From an archaeon (GTDB taxonomy: Archaea; Nanobdellota; Nanobdellia; Woesearchaeales; UBA9642), in NCBI GenBank assembly GCA_020057295.1, contig JAGVGF010000006.1, positions 160,001 to 224,000 on the forward strand: DNA of 64,000 bases, read 5' to 3'. The position numbers were made by a program, and so were the translations under genes. This document shows positions 9,902 to 20,600 of the stretch, one piece after another; position 1 is the first letter of the stretch; each line of letters starts with the position of its first letter. The notes below the pieces were generated by a model. That model saw only the letters and a program-made list of their open reading frames with translations. It did not search any database and was not told the origin of the DNA.

Positions 9902-11662
9902 TTATTTCTCAACTTTCAGATGTAATTCTCGTCTTACTTTCTCGTCTATATCTGATGGACATCCATCCATTGGGCATTCGCCTTGTTTATTTTTTGGGAA
10001 TGCTATTACTTCTCTGATATCATTTGTTCCGCACATTAATGCTACTAGCCTATCCATTCCTGGCGCAAATCCTCCGTGCGGTGGAGCTCCGTACTTGAAT
10101 GCTTCTAATAAAAATCCGAATTTCTTCTCTGCATCTTCGATTGTTAATCCTATAACATTCATTACTCTTTCTTGAATATCTCTTCTATTGATTCTTATAC
10201 TTCCTGATGCTACTTCTACACCATTTAGTACTAAGTCATAGCATAATGCTCTTACTTTTCCTGGATCTGCATCTTTGCCATCTAAGTATTGTAGATGTTC
10301 TTCTTTTGGCATCGTGAATATATGATGTGCTGCATCCCATTTTTGGTCTTCAGAATTCCATTCGAATGATGGGAAATCATAAATCCATGCAAATGCAAAT
10401 GCTGATTCATCGTATAATTTTAGTTTCTTTGCAACTTCTTTTCTTATATTTGCAAGGGCATCATTACATGTTTTGAATTGATCAGCAACTATTAATATTG
10501 TAGATTTTTCTTTTGCATCTAATTCTCTTATCAGATTCATTTGTATTTCTGTTGATAAGTATTTTGCTGCGCTTCCTTCAAGTCTTAATTGTTTAGATGC
10601 TTCATCTGTTATTACTTTTAATACAACTAAACCTTTTGCTTTGTAGACTTTAGCAAGTTCTGTAAATTCATCAGTATCTTTCCGTGCAAATTCATGGTCT
10701 ATAGATAATGCTTTGATTATTCCAGAATCTTCAATTACATTTTTGAATACTGAAAATTCTGAATCTTTAACAACTTCTGTAACATCTTGTAAGAATAATT
10801 CATAACGTATGTCTGGTTTGTCACAACCGTATTTTAGCATTGAATCATCATATGCTATTCTAGGGAATGGTGTTTTTAGTTCGTAATTAATTGTCTTTTT
10901 GAAAATATTTTTCATTAATCCTTCGCCAACTGTAAATACATCTTCTTGGTGGCAGAATGACATTTCCACATCTATTTGTGTAAATTCTGGTTGTCTATCA
11001 GCTCTTAAATCTTCATCTCTTAAACATCTTGCAATTTGATAGTATCTATCAAATCCTGAAACCATTAAAATTTGTTTGTAAATTTGTGGACTTTGTGGAA
11101 GAGAATATGCTTTTCCAGGATTTACTCTTGATGGTACAATATAATCTCTAGCACCTTCTGGAGTACTTCGAATTAAAAGTGGTGTTTCTATTTCATAAAA
11201 TCCTTGACTATTCATGAATTCTCTAGTTGCTTGCATTGCTAAATGCTTCATTTTAATATTATGTTGCATTTGTGGCCTTCGTAAATCTAGATATCTATAT
11301 TTTAGTCTAGTTTCATCAGTATTATTTAAGGGATTATCTAAATCTAATGGAATAACTTCACAAGTATTTAGAACAGTTAATTCTTCTACAAACACTTCTA
11401 TAGTTCCTGTTTCTAATTTCTTATTTGCTTCAGGTTTTTTTCTTACTATTCCTTTTACTTGTATAACAAATTCTCTTCTTAGAGTTTTAACTTCAGGAAT
11501 ATCTTCAGTATTAACTGTTAATTGTGTAATACCATAACGATCTCTTAAGTCTAAGAATGCTAATCCGCCATGTAATCTTATAGAATGTACCCATCCCGAT
11601 AATGTTACATTCTTTCCAGAATCTGTTTCTCTTAGTTCATTACATGTATGTGTTCTATACAT
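9902..11662 (-). CDS. aspS: Aspartate--tRNA ligase, bacterial type with GAD insertion, probably non-discriminating
   Basis: MYRTHTC.EL, LKYRYLDLRR, STPEGARD, PQSPQ..KQ.LM, RDED.RADRQPEFTQ.D.EMSF, GAPPHGG..G.DR, IREVIAFPK. 586 aa. Confidence 0.95.
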   Translation of the reverse strand: MYRTHTCNELRETDSGKNVTLSGWVHSIRLHGGLAFLDLRDRYGITQLTVNTEDIPEVKTLRREFVIQVKGIVRKKPEANKKLETGTIEVFVEELTVLNTCEVIPLDLDNPLNNTDETRLKYRYLDLRRPQMQHNIKMKHLAMQATREFMNSQGFYEIETPLLIRSTPEGARDYIVPSRVNPGKAYSLPQSPQIYKQILMVSGFDRYYQIARCLRDEDLRADRQPEFTQIDVEMSFCHQEDVFTVGEGLMKNIFKKTINYELKTPFPRIAYDDSMLKYGCDKPDIRYELFLQDVTEVVKDSEFSVFKNVIEDSGIIKALSIDHEFARKDTDEFTELAKVYKAKGLVVLKVITDEASKQLRLEGSAAKYLSTEIQMNLIRELDAKEKSTILIVADQFKTCNDALANIRKEVAKKLKLYDESAFAFAWIYDFPSFEWNSEDQKWDAAHHIFTMPKEEHLQYLDGKDADPGKVRALCYDLVLNGVEVASGSIRINRRDIQERVMNVIGLTIEDAEKKFGFLLEAFKYGAPPHGGFAPGMDRLVALMCGTNDIREVIAFPKNKQGECPMDGCPSDIDEKVRRELHLKVEK

Positions 11663-11820
11663 ATTAATGAATATTTTACTCTGATTTTTAAAGTTTGTTG
11701 AAAAACATTAAATGAAAATACTAAGGGTACAACTATATAATAACAATATTTATTAATCCTTAGCATCAGATTACACGTTAAGGTATATTTTAATATACTA
11801 AGAAAATTTGGAGGGATAAA

Positions 11821-12420
11821 ATGGCTGGTGAAACATTACCAATTGACGCTGTAGGAGCTACTGCTGGTGGACAAGGTCTTGAAGCAATTATTTTAGTGAT
11901 AGCAGCACTGATATTTGTTGCAATAGTTGTAGGTGTAGCATTATATGTATATACTGCAATGGCATGGATGCGTATTGCAAAAAAAACAAATACTGAACCT
12001 GCATGGCTTGCATGGATACCAATAGCTAATATTGTATTGATTAGCAGGGTCGCTAGAATGCATTGGTGGCCAATATTATTATTAATACCAGGAATGATAT
12101 TTTCAATATTTAATACAATATATCCTGAGACAATAATATTCTTAATATTGTATGTAGTAAGTGTATTGCTTTATGGAATATTCCACGCTATTTGGATGTG
12201 GAAAACATTCGAAAGAGTTGGTAGACCTGGATGGTGGGCAATAATAACATTTGCATTTGCAGCACTATCTACACCATTTTTAGCAATGGAAATTCCTGGA
12301 CTAACTATGCTTTTAGGTATAACATTAGCAGTTATTGGAACTGCATTATCGCTTGTATTCTTAGGCTTCGCTGCCTGGGGAGATAAGGGCGTAACTAAAG
12401 CAAAAAAATCTAGAAAGTAG
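11821..12420 (+). CDS. Membrane protein (DUF5684-like, W.AWIPI motif)
   Basis: IAKKT..EPAWLAWIPIAN, WW..LL, multiple TM helices. GGAGG RBS. Confidence 0.65.
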   Translation: MAGETLPIDAVGATAGGQGLEAIILVIAALIFVAIVVGVALYVYTAMAWMRIAKKTNTEPAWLAWIPIANIVLISRVARMHWWPILLLIPGMIFSIFNTIYPETIIFLILYVVSVLLYGIFHAIWMWKTFERVGRPGWWAIITFAFAALSTPFLAMEIPGLTMLLGITLAVIGTALSLVFLGFAAWGDKGVTKAKKSRK

Positions 12421-12477
12421 AAAAAGATTATTTTTTATTTTTTTATAATTTTTAATTTCTCAGAAAATTTTACTAAA

Positions 12478-13044
12478 TTATTTCTTCATTATGTCATGTA
12501 ATAATTCTTCAACTTTTTGTAAATTCCATTTTATTGCATCGCCTTTCTTTCGTAACTCTCCATTTCGTAAATCCAGTCTTGCAAATGCACCGTATATTTC
12601 GTCAACTAATTCTCTTATAGCTTTAACTTCATTCTTGTTTTTTGCTATCGCTTCAAGTACTGATCTTCTTCCTAACTCGCCTGTTAAATCGCTTAATCCT
12701 GCAAGATAAATGTAGGGATCTAAATCTAGTTCTTTGTATGTGGGTAATTTTTTGTCTTTGATGAATCCATAGAAACAGCATGCTTCACAATATTCTTCCA
12801 ACGCATTATCCATGCTTCCTTTAAGTGTTGAATGTTTGTCAACAATTCTTTTTAGAGTGATTATAAGTTTTTTTGCTTCATCTAACAATTTTTTGGCTTG
12901 ATCTAATTCTTTACGATGTAAAGAGTATATAGCTGACTTACTATTTTTTAATATTATCCTTGATGTAGCAATGATTATTTCTCTCTGTGCATCTTCTTCT
13001 TTCATATACGCTTCTATTTCCTTGAATGATTTTTGGTCTAACAT
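12478..13044 (-). CDS. Translin/Trax family protein (archaeal C3PO-like nuclease)
   Basis: RE.II..SR.I...SK.AIY.LH, EEYCEA, YLAGLSDLTGEL.R, LRKKGD. Confidence 0.88.
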   Translation of the reverse strand: MLDQKSFKEIEAYMKEEDAQREIIIATSRIILKNSKSAIYSLHRKELDQAKKLLDEAKKLIITLKRIVDKHSTLKGSMDNALEEYCEACCFYGFIKDKKLPTYKELDLDPYIYLAGLSDLTGELGRRSVLEAIAKNKNEVKAIRELVDEIYGAFARLDLRNGELRKKGDAIKWNLQKVEELLHDIMKK

Positions 13045-13107
13045 AGTATTTGTTAATTAATTATTTTAGAAATGATATGTATATTTAAATTTATCTTCTA
13101 CTCATCA

Positions 13108-13509
13108 TCAGTTTGCAAGTACTTCGTTCGGAGTAGTTTGATTAAAATATTCGCATCCTGTGACACAAGTCACATCTCCTGTTTGTCCGCTAATCTTTAA
13201 TAGTACTTGTGTAAATTTTCCTGTGTCAGGGTTCGTGAATAACACATTAGAATACCATGTAGAATTTTTACTGTACATGTTTACACGCGTATAACTATTA
13301 TGTTTAGCTATGGCTACAGCATTTCCGAAATTATCTGTAGCTCTTCCAGCAGTATCTTCTTGAACCACTAATGAAGGCAATACAGGACATTTACTTGAAT
13401 CCTTCTGTACACTTCCTTCGTAACATACATACTTAGTACATCCTGTAATTATTATTAAAGTCAGAATAATCGATAGAATTAATGGTAATTTCGACATGTG
13501 TTTATTCAT
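13108..13509 (-). CDS. Putative lipoprotein/secreted hypothetical protein
   Basis: Hydrophobic N-terminus ending in lipobox-like ITGC, then YVC..G......CP. Confidence 0.6.
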   Translation of the reverse strand: MNKHMSKLPLILSIILTLIIITGCTKYVCYEGSVQKDSSKCPVLPSLVVQEDTAGRATDNFGNAVAIAKHNSYTRVNMYSKNSTWYSNVLFTNPDTGKFTQVLLKISGQTGDVTCVTGCEYFNQTTPNEVLAN

Positions 13510-13639
13510 AATATCATCACTTAATCATTAAGGTAAGAGTTTTTTATAAATTTATTGGAATTAGTAATTCTTTGATAGTATTTAGTCCTCTGTAATAATC
13601 AAAAGATTTATATATAAATTCTTTACTAAATTGAGTATC

Positions 13640-14218
13640 ATGACAGTATTCGGTGATAGTATAAACTTTTTAGTAAAGCTTGGCATCTACGATATAGTCT
13701 TGCCGTTCCTCTTAGTTTTTGTACTTGTTTTTGCACTTTTAGAGAAAACTAAAGCACTAGGAACTGAAAGAGCTCGTGACGACAAAGGCGAATATCAAGA
13801 ATATACTAAGAAGAACCTTAATGCTATGGTAGCGTTTGTTACTGGATTCTTTGTAGTAGCAAGTTCTCAACTTGTTTCCGTAATCAATAGAAGTTTATCA
13901 CAAATATTCTTATTATTATTACTTGTTATATGTTTCTTGATGGTTGCAGGAGCATTACATCAACAGACTAAGGAAGGATTCTTCCTTGATCCTAAGAAAC
14001 ACGGATTTTATTACGGTGCATTTATGGTTATAGTATTTGGAGGCATCATTGCTATATTCCTTAATTCTTTAGGTTGGCTTGATCTTGTGTATAACTTTTT
14101 AAAGGATAACTGGAATACAGATTATATTGCGTCAGTAATATTTATAATTATTATAGTAGGATTTATGGCTTGGATTATGAGTGATCCTAAACCTAAACCC
14201 GAAGAGAAAAAAGATTAA
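13640..14218 (+). CDS. Multi-pass membrane protein, paralog 1 of tandem trio
   Basis: GIYDIVLPFLLVFVLVFALLEKTK...KNLNAMVAFV. ATG at 13640 is preferred over TTG at 13631. Confidence 0.75.
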   Translation: MTVFGDSINFLVKLGIYDIVLPFLLVFVLVFALLEKTKALGTERARDDKGEYQEYTKKNLNAMVAFVTGFFVVASSQLVSVINRSLSQIFLLLLLVICFLMVAGALHQQTKEGFFLDPKKHGFYYGAFMVIVFGGIIAIFLNSLGWLDLVYNFLKDNWNTDYIASVIFIIIIVGFMAWIMSDPKPKPEEKKD

Positions 14219-14229
14219 AAGGTGAAATT

Positions 14230-14880
14230 ATGGCATACTACGGTACTGGTTATTATGGTAGTGGTTCTGGAGGAATTTTTGCTCAAGGAATCTTTAAATT
14301 ACAAGAGATGGGTATTGCAGATGTCATTCTACCATTCATTCTAGTATTCACAATCGTTTTTGCTGTAATGCAGAAGACTAAAATTTTAGGCACAGAGAAA
14401 GTTGGTACTGAGGATAAACCTCGAAAGAATTTTAACGCAGTTATTGCTTTAGTTATGGCTCTTGCTGTAATCATACCTCACGTTACTGGAACATATCCTA
14501 GTCCTGAATCTGATGTTGTAAACATTATGAATCAGGCTTTGCCTAATGTTTCTGTTGTATTAATTGCTGTAATTATGATGTTACTTATCATAGGAGTATT
14601 TGGTGGCGATGTGAGTATTGCTAAGACTTCACTTGCTGGATGGGCTGTTGTGTTCTCTGTACTCGCTACAATATTTATCTTCGGTAGTGCTGCTAATTGG
14701 TACAACTTGCCGAATTGGCTTTACTTCCTAAACGATTCAGACACTCAAGCACTTATAGTGATTATACTCGTATTTGCAATACTGATATGGTTCATTACTA
14801 AAGAAGATAAACCTAAAGATCCTAAAAAATACGGTGGTATTGAAGATCTTGGTAGAATCATGGGTTACAAAAAGGATTAA
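14230..14880 (+). CDS. Multi-pass membrane protein, paralog 2 of tandem trio
   Basis: GIADVILPFILVFTIVFAVMQKTKILG...KNFNAVIALV. GGTGA RBS. Confidence 0.78.
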   Translation: MAYYGTGYYGSGSGGIFAQGIFKLQEMGIADVILPFILVFTIVFAVMQKTKILGTEKVGTEDKPRKNFNAVIALVMALAVIIPHVTGTYPSPESDVVNIMNQALPNVSVVLIAVIMMLLIIGVFGGDVSIAKTSLAGWAVVFSVLATIFIFGSAANWYNLPNWLYFLNDSDTQALIVIILVFAILIWFITKEDKPKDPKKYGGIEDLGRIMGYKKD

Positions 14881-14882
14881 TC

Positions 14883-15464
14883 ATGGCAACATTTATTGAT
14901 ATAAGCATTATTAAGAACTTCACAACAATATTTACGTTCTTATTAGTGTTTGTTATAATCTACGGCTTATTAGAAATGTTTAACGTATTTGGTGAAGGCC
15001 GTAAGAGTATTCATGCAATTATTGCTATGGTTATCGCATTCTTAGTCAGTGTATCTAGTGGTGTATTGACTGTTATTCAAACATTCACACCGTGGTTTGT
15101 AATATTAATTTTATTTATATTTTTTATACTTTTTGCTGTTAGAATGTTTGGTGTTAGTGGTGAGAGTATTACTAAGGCATTTCATAACAAGAGCGCAATA
15201 CTTACATGGGTAATAATAATTACTGTACTAATATTATTATTCTCTTTAGGAGCAGGTTTTGGTCAACAAACTTTAGACCAAGGTCAAACAGGCGGTAAAG
15301 TTACTAGTGTTGCTACTGGTAATCAGACTGCGCCAACTGATAGTGGTGATTTTAGTCAGAATTTATATAATACTATCTATCATCCTAAAGTTTTAGGATT
15401 AATATTGGTAATGTTGATAGTTGTTGTTTCTATGTTATTATTGACGGATGCTGAAGGACCATAA
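14883..15464 (+). CDS. Multi-pass membrane protein, paralog 3 of tandem trio
   Basis: IFTFLLVFVIIYGLLE...FG...KSIHAIIA. Starts 2 nt after the previous stop. Confidence 0.72.
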   Translation: MATFIDISIIKNFTTIFTFLLVFVIIYGLLEMFNVFGEGRKSIHAIIAMVIAFLVSVSSGVLTVIQTFTPWFVILILFIFFILFAVRMFGVSGESITKAFHNKSAILTWVIIITVLILLFSLGAGFGQQTLDQGQTGGKVTSVATGNQTAPTDSGDFSQNLYNTIYHPKVLGLILVMLIVVVSMLLLTDAEGP

Positions 15465-15468
15465 GAAT

Positions 15469-17571
15469 TTATTTTTGTAAAATCATTTTTATTGTTTTTA
15501 CGTATGGTTTTTCTGTTCCTGTTGTTGGATTTACTGTCATTCTTAATAAATATAATCCGCTGCTTAATCCATTCCCATTTATTTGTTCTGTATAAGTTCC
15601 ACTTGATTGTATTCCTTCATCTATTTCTCTAACTAATTGTCCTAATGTATTATATAATCCTAATTTTACATGAGCATTCTGCTTTAGAGAGTATTGAATA
15701 TTTGTTGTTGGATTAAATGGATTAGGATAATTTTGTAATAATTCATAATTTTTAGGAACTGACTCGTCTATTCTAACACTTGTTAATGTTTTTGCTGTTA
15801 CTATCTTGCTAGTGTTTGATGCTACAACAGTATCTATGCCATCAGTAACTTTTCCAGTAAAAATATATGTTGTATTAGGTTCCAAAATATTTGATGGAAT
15901 TGTTAATTTTGTATTTTTTGTAATTATTACTGAATCTATTTTTCCACCCTTCATATTAATAATATATCTTAGCGTATCTGTATCTACTGAAGGATTCCAA
16001 TCTCTAACAACATCTACATTTGCATACTTTACAGTATCTGATACTTCCTTGAAACTCCAAGCAGATGGAGGAATATTTGCTGTTGTGAATGTTACAACGT
16101 TGGTTGCGTTTACTGTATCTATTCCATCTGTAACTTTTCCTTCGAGAGTGTATGAAGTGTTTGGTTTTAATAATGTTGAATCTATTAATACATTTCCAGA
16201 ATTATTTTTTACTTTGAAAATGAGATCTAAATCCGGACCAAAAACTCTTATTAGTCCTTTTAATGAATCACCGTCTGCATCTAAGGAAAAATTTGGTGTA
16301 TATATCACAGGTAGTTTCCCATTGGTAAATGTTGCTTTTGAATTATTTAATGGACTTATAATTGTAATAGGTTCTGGTGAAGTGTTCTTTGTTGTAAATT
16401 TTACAAATGGCGACCATGCACCTGCTCCTTTTGATCCAATGGTTCTTGTTCTTGTATAATATGTTGTATGTGCGTTACCGTTGAATGTTTTTGTTGTTCT
16501 GTCCATTGTTGAATCTTCTAATAATGGAACTGTTGTCGTATCCTTGAAGATTTGTAAATGATATCTTACTGCATTACTGTCTTTACTAGCAATAATATCT
16601 ACTAATTTATCTACAGTAGAATTATTAGATGGACTTGTTATAAGTCCAGAATTTGGAATTACAGGTTCGACAAAATCAGTCATATTGCCCATGAATAAAT
16701 CTTGTTGTTTGTCTCTCTTACGGAAATGTTGATCTAATGTTAAAGCAAGATAACTTCCATCAATTGGTTGCCATCCAGGATTAGACTGAACCGAAGGATC
16801 TGAATTAGATGGAACGGGTAAAGGAGGTATAGCAGGCCATCCATTATATGCCTTAACTATTTCGTGATTTATTCTCCAAATTTGAGAAGCTCCAATTTGA
16901 GAAGAGCCTTTGAATACTATACGATTTATATTATAATTTATACTACTAAAATTAGTTCCGGCATTCATAAATATCGTAAATGTTGTATCAGGGCTAGAAT
17001 TACTTGAAACAAAATTATACAAAGAATATCCTGTACTTCTCTCCATCGTATCTTTTGCAGCAATAATAGCCAAACTGTCTAGTCTTACTAATGTACTATC
17101 ACTTGAAAAATTTTCTATTCTTGTATTTACAGGATTTATTTGAGACCAGTGCGGAGGATCTTTATTTTTTGATACGTCATAAAGTCTCATCCACCATTCT
17201 GACACTAATGAATCTTTTCCCCACGGTCCCTCTCTTATTGTTTTTGGTGTTGCAAGCCATATTGTTGTATCGTTTGTAATATTCATATTTTGTTCAAATG
17301 TTTTATAATCTTGATGAGATAGTTTTACTGAATGTGTTCCTCCAGGTATTTTTGTAAAAGAAGAGTTACCATTCACGTCAGAAGATCTTGTATATTGTCC
17401 CTTATCTAAAGAAACAACGGCACCAGAAATAGGATTTCCTGCTCCATGTTTTAACTCTGTAACTTTAAAATTTACGTTAAATGTTTGTGCGAGAACGTTT
17501 GTTGTAAACATAGCTCCAGCTAATAAAGATAATCCTAATATCTTCGTCTTACGAACAATATTTTCAAGCAT
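15469..17571 (-). CDS. Secreted protein: carboxypeptidase-regulatory-like domain, FN3/Ig-like domains, C-terminal T9SS type A (Por) sorting-like domain
   Basis: Signal peptide ending VLA-Q; PISGAVV..SDVNG..F..IPGGTH.V..S..DY; C-terminus P.NYELLQNYPNPFNPTTNIQYSL....HVKL..YN.LGQLV...G..LSSG.Y...KMIL.K. Confidence 0.85.
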   Translation of the reverse strand: MLENIVRKTKILGLSLLAGAMFTTNVLAQTFNVNFKVTELKHGAGNPISGAVVSLDKGQYTRSSDVNGNSSFTKIPGGTHSVKLSHQDYKTFEQNMNITNDTTIWLATPKTIREGPWGKDSLVSEWWMRLYDVSKNKDPPHWSQINPVNTRIENFSSDSTLVRLDSLAIIAAKDTMERSTGYSLYNFVSSNSSPDTTFTIFMNAGTNFSSINYNINRIVFKGSSQIGASQIWRINHEIVKAYNGWPAIPPLPVPSNSDPSVQSNPGWQPIDGSYLALTLDQHFRKRDKQQDLFMGNMTDFVEPVIPNSGLITSPSNNSTVDKLVDIIASKDSNAVRYHLQIFKDTTTVPLLEDSTMDRTTKTFNGNAHTTYYTRTRTIGSKGAGAWSPFVKFTTKNTSPEPITIISPLNNSKATFTNGKLPVIYTPNFSLDADGDSLKGLIRVFGPDLDLIFKVKNNSGNVLIDSTLLKPNTSYTLEGKVTDGIDTVNATNVVTFTTANIPPSAWSFKEVSDTVKYANVDVVRDWNPSVDTDTLRYIINMKGGKIDSVIITKNTKLTIPSNILEPNTTYIFTGKVTDGIDTVVASNTSKIVTAKTLTSVRIDESVPKNYELLQNYPNPFNPTTNIQYSLKQNAHVKLGLYNTLGQLVREIDEGIQSSGTYTEQINGNGLSSGLYLLRMTVNPTTGTEKPYVKTIKMILQK

Positions 17572-17592
17572 AATATACCATAGAATAATAGG

Positions 17593-17608
17593 TTTATAAA
17601 TTTTACGC
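17593..17608 (-). promoter_or_regulatory. Archaeal BRE/TATA promoter for the 700-aa T9SS-CTD gene (probably leaderless)
   Basis: Minus strand GCGTAAAATTTATAAA. The TTTATAAA box is separated from the ATG at 17571 by 21 nt. Confidence 0.6.
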
Positions 17609-17633
17609 TTGTTACCACCTAACAGTTACTAAT

Positions 17634-20600
17634 TTACTTAACACTTAAGTTAAATTGATCATCATATATTTCGTAATTATTATACCAACTATTTAGACCA
17701 CAATAATTAGTAAATTTACTCTTACAAAGAGCATTAGTTCCACATAATTGAGTGGCAATTGATGGAAAATTTTGAAGAGGATATAAACAATCCGTCTTAA
17801 ATTGCCATTTATTAGTTGTTTTATTAAAAATTGCAGGTTGATCGCATTTCTTAGTCAAATTATTAGATGCAACAAGATTATTCATAATAGACCTATAACC
17901 TTCATCGCACTTCACAGGAGAAGGTTTGCATGAATCGGAAGACGAATAATAATCATATTTTTTATCAGGACACGCAGGGTAAATACCGCCTTTATCGCCT
18001 TGACCTTTCAAAGTTAATACTTCCTTAATTTTTTTGAATTCTCCTCCAGATATCGCAACGTACTTGTTTACACCTAAATCATAAGTCATTGTCTGTCCCT
18101 CTTTCAAACAAACAGGACATCCTGTAACATTATCTTGAACAATAGTTCCATTGACACATTCCGCATGCAATTTCATTTTAGAAGACACACCATGTTCAAT
18201 ATTACATAAAGCAGCATTAATTTTGTTTGGATCTAAAATAACGGAGTCAGTCGTAGTTCTCTCACGATCAATACCATCTGCATCTATTATTTTGGTAGTA
18301 TCAGGGAATTGATGTATTCCACAATCTGGATCCGCTGATGTTCCATTAACCTTTGCACATATAGGTGTACTCGAGAAATCATCAGGACAGAAACCATCCA
18401 TATTAATACTACAAGCTCTATCTTCAACTGTAGCATCAGGATAAACTATAGCCAAATCAGAAGGAGGACTACAAGTAACTTGTAAAACAAAAGATCTTTC
18501 TGATGATGCTTTTATCCATTCTTTACCATTCCATCTTGCACAATATCCATACTCTCCCTCAACAGAATACTTTACATTTGCGACACCTGTGGATTTACAG
18601 TATTTTAATAATGATTTTTGATCGGCACAAATATTTAATTGTGCTGTAGATCTAGTAGTTTTGTTGTCAATAGCAGACACCTTAGGGCTTACAGCAGTTA
18701 CAGCTCCAGAACCAACACAAGTAACAGAATTAATATCAGCACCGTATTTTAGATTTTGTCCTCCGACATAACTCAAACAAGGAGTTCCTACACCAATTTT
18801 TACTCCAACAATTGCATCACCATAACCTAAATAACTACAGAATTGTTTTAACGTGAAAGAATCACCACAAACAGGATATCTATTATTATCACCATTATAC
18901 AATTTAAGTAAATCGTTGCTCGTAGAATAAGTTTGTTTACTATTAGATAAAGGTCTTCCAATTTTATAATTATTACATATAACTCCTCCTGCACCTAACT
19001 GATTAACTAGGAGAGAAGGCCATTCTGTAAATCCTTTAAGAACAGCACCATATTGATTGTATGTAGTAGCTGCATTATTACAAGTATCAATTATTATTTT
19101 ATAATTTCCTGAACTACCATACCATATATTACTTCTAAAAACACCCGATCCTGGTAATCCATCACGGAATGCAGCCTGCATAGCATATAATCTGTTGGCA
19201 ACAAAATGTTCTGTAGTCTCTCCAGGACTTAATGAAACGGAATAAGTTATCGAACCTCTCTGATTACCATCAACAGTTGCTCCATCTTTTACTCTGTGAT
19301 TACCACCAGCAAACATTTCACCATCATAACTAATTTTGAAATCTGGATCATCAACGCTACCAATATCAACTTGTAAATTCGATACAAGATCTTGACATGT
19401 TGTTGCTGGACCATGATAATCGACAGTTATTCCAATTGCACCATTAGTATCACAAGAATATACAGCTCCATATGCACTGTTAGTAACACCAGGTATTATA
19501 TTACATCTATTACCACCAGTTAATGTTACACCTTCAATTTTACAATCAATTTTTTTACATGCATTACTACACGCATCAGCAAAATCTTCACTATTACCAT
19601 CATCACATTCTTCTGCACCTTGTACTCTTCCATCACCACAACTCTGACAAGTTCCTTGTCCAGTAATACTATTACAATCAGAACTACATGTTGGTACACC
19701 TATGTAAGCACCATAATAATTAGTACCAGCAGCACTCTTTCCACCATAAAATTCTGAACAAGTGTGTGATCCAGGATTTGTTCCGTCACAAGTCTCTGTT
19801 CCTTCAACAGCATTATTACCACAATAAGAACATGTTCCTCGAGTAATTGCACAAGTACTACTACAAGAAGGAGTTCCATGATTCATATCACGATCAACAT
19901 TATTATACACGATACTATATTCAGAGCAAGTATGCGAACCAATATTTGTTTTATCACATTCTTCAGTACCTTCAATAATATTATTCATACATAAAGAACA
20001 AGTTCCTTTCGTTAAAGCACAATTAGTACACGATGGAGTTCCATGATTCAAATTCCAGTAAGCATTGTTAAACAATGTAGTGAATTCATCACAACTATAA
20101 CCACCAAGATTTGAACCATCACACTGCTCACTTCCTTCAACAATATTATTCATACACAAAGAACATGATCCTAAAGTTATTTGACAATTACCATTACATC
20201 CTGGAGTTCCATGATTCAAATTCCAGTCAGCATTGTTAAACAATGTAGTAAAATAGTCACATGAATATCCTTCATCTAAATTAATCACTGAACCATCGCA
20301 TTGTTCATAAACTCCATAAGCATTAGGCCATTGAAGAGAACCATCGCCGCATCGTGTACAGTCTGGATCAGATATCCCGTGACTTGCACATATTCCTGAC
20401 GATATTCCGCAACTTGATCCATAATTATTCGGACATATTCCATCACTGGCTCCGCAAGTATAAATATTATAATTTCCAGAAGAAACATCATATAATTTTA
20501 CACCATAACCGTGTGTTCCAGAATAACATGTTCCAGAACATATTGGAGATATTGATCCTGAGCAAACATAAGATGTAGTCCAGCTACCACATTCATATAC

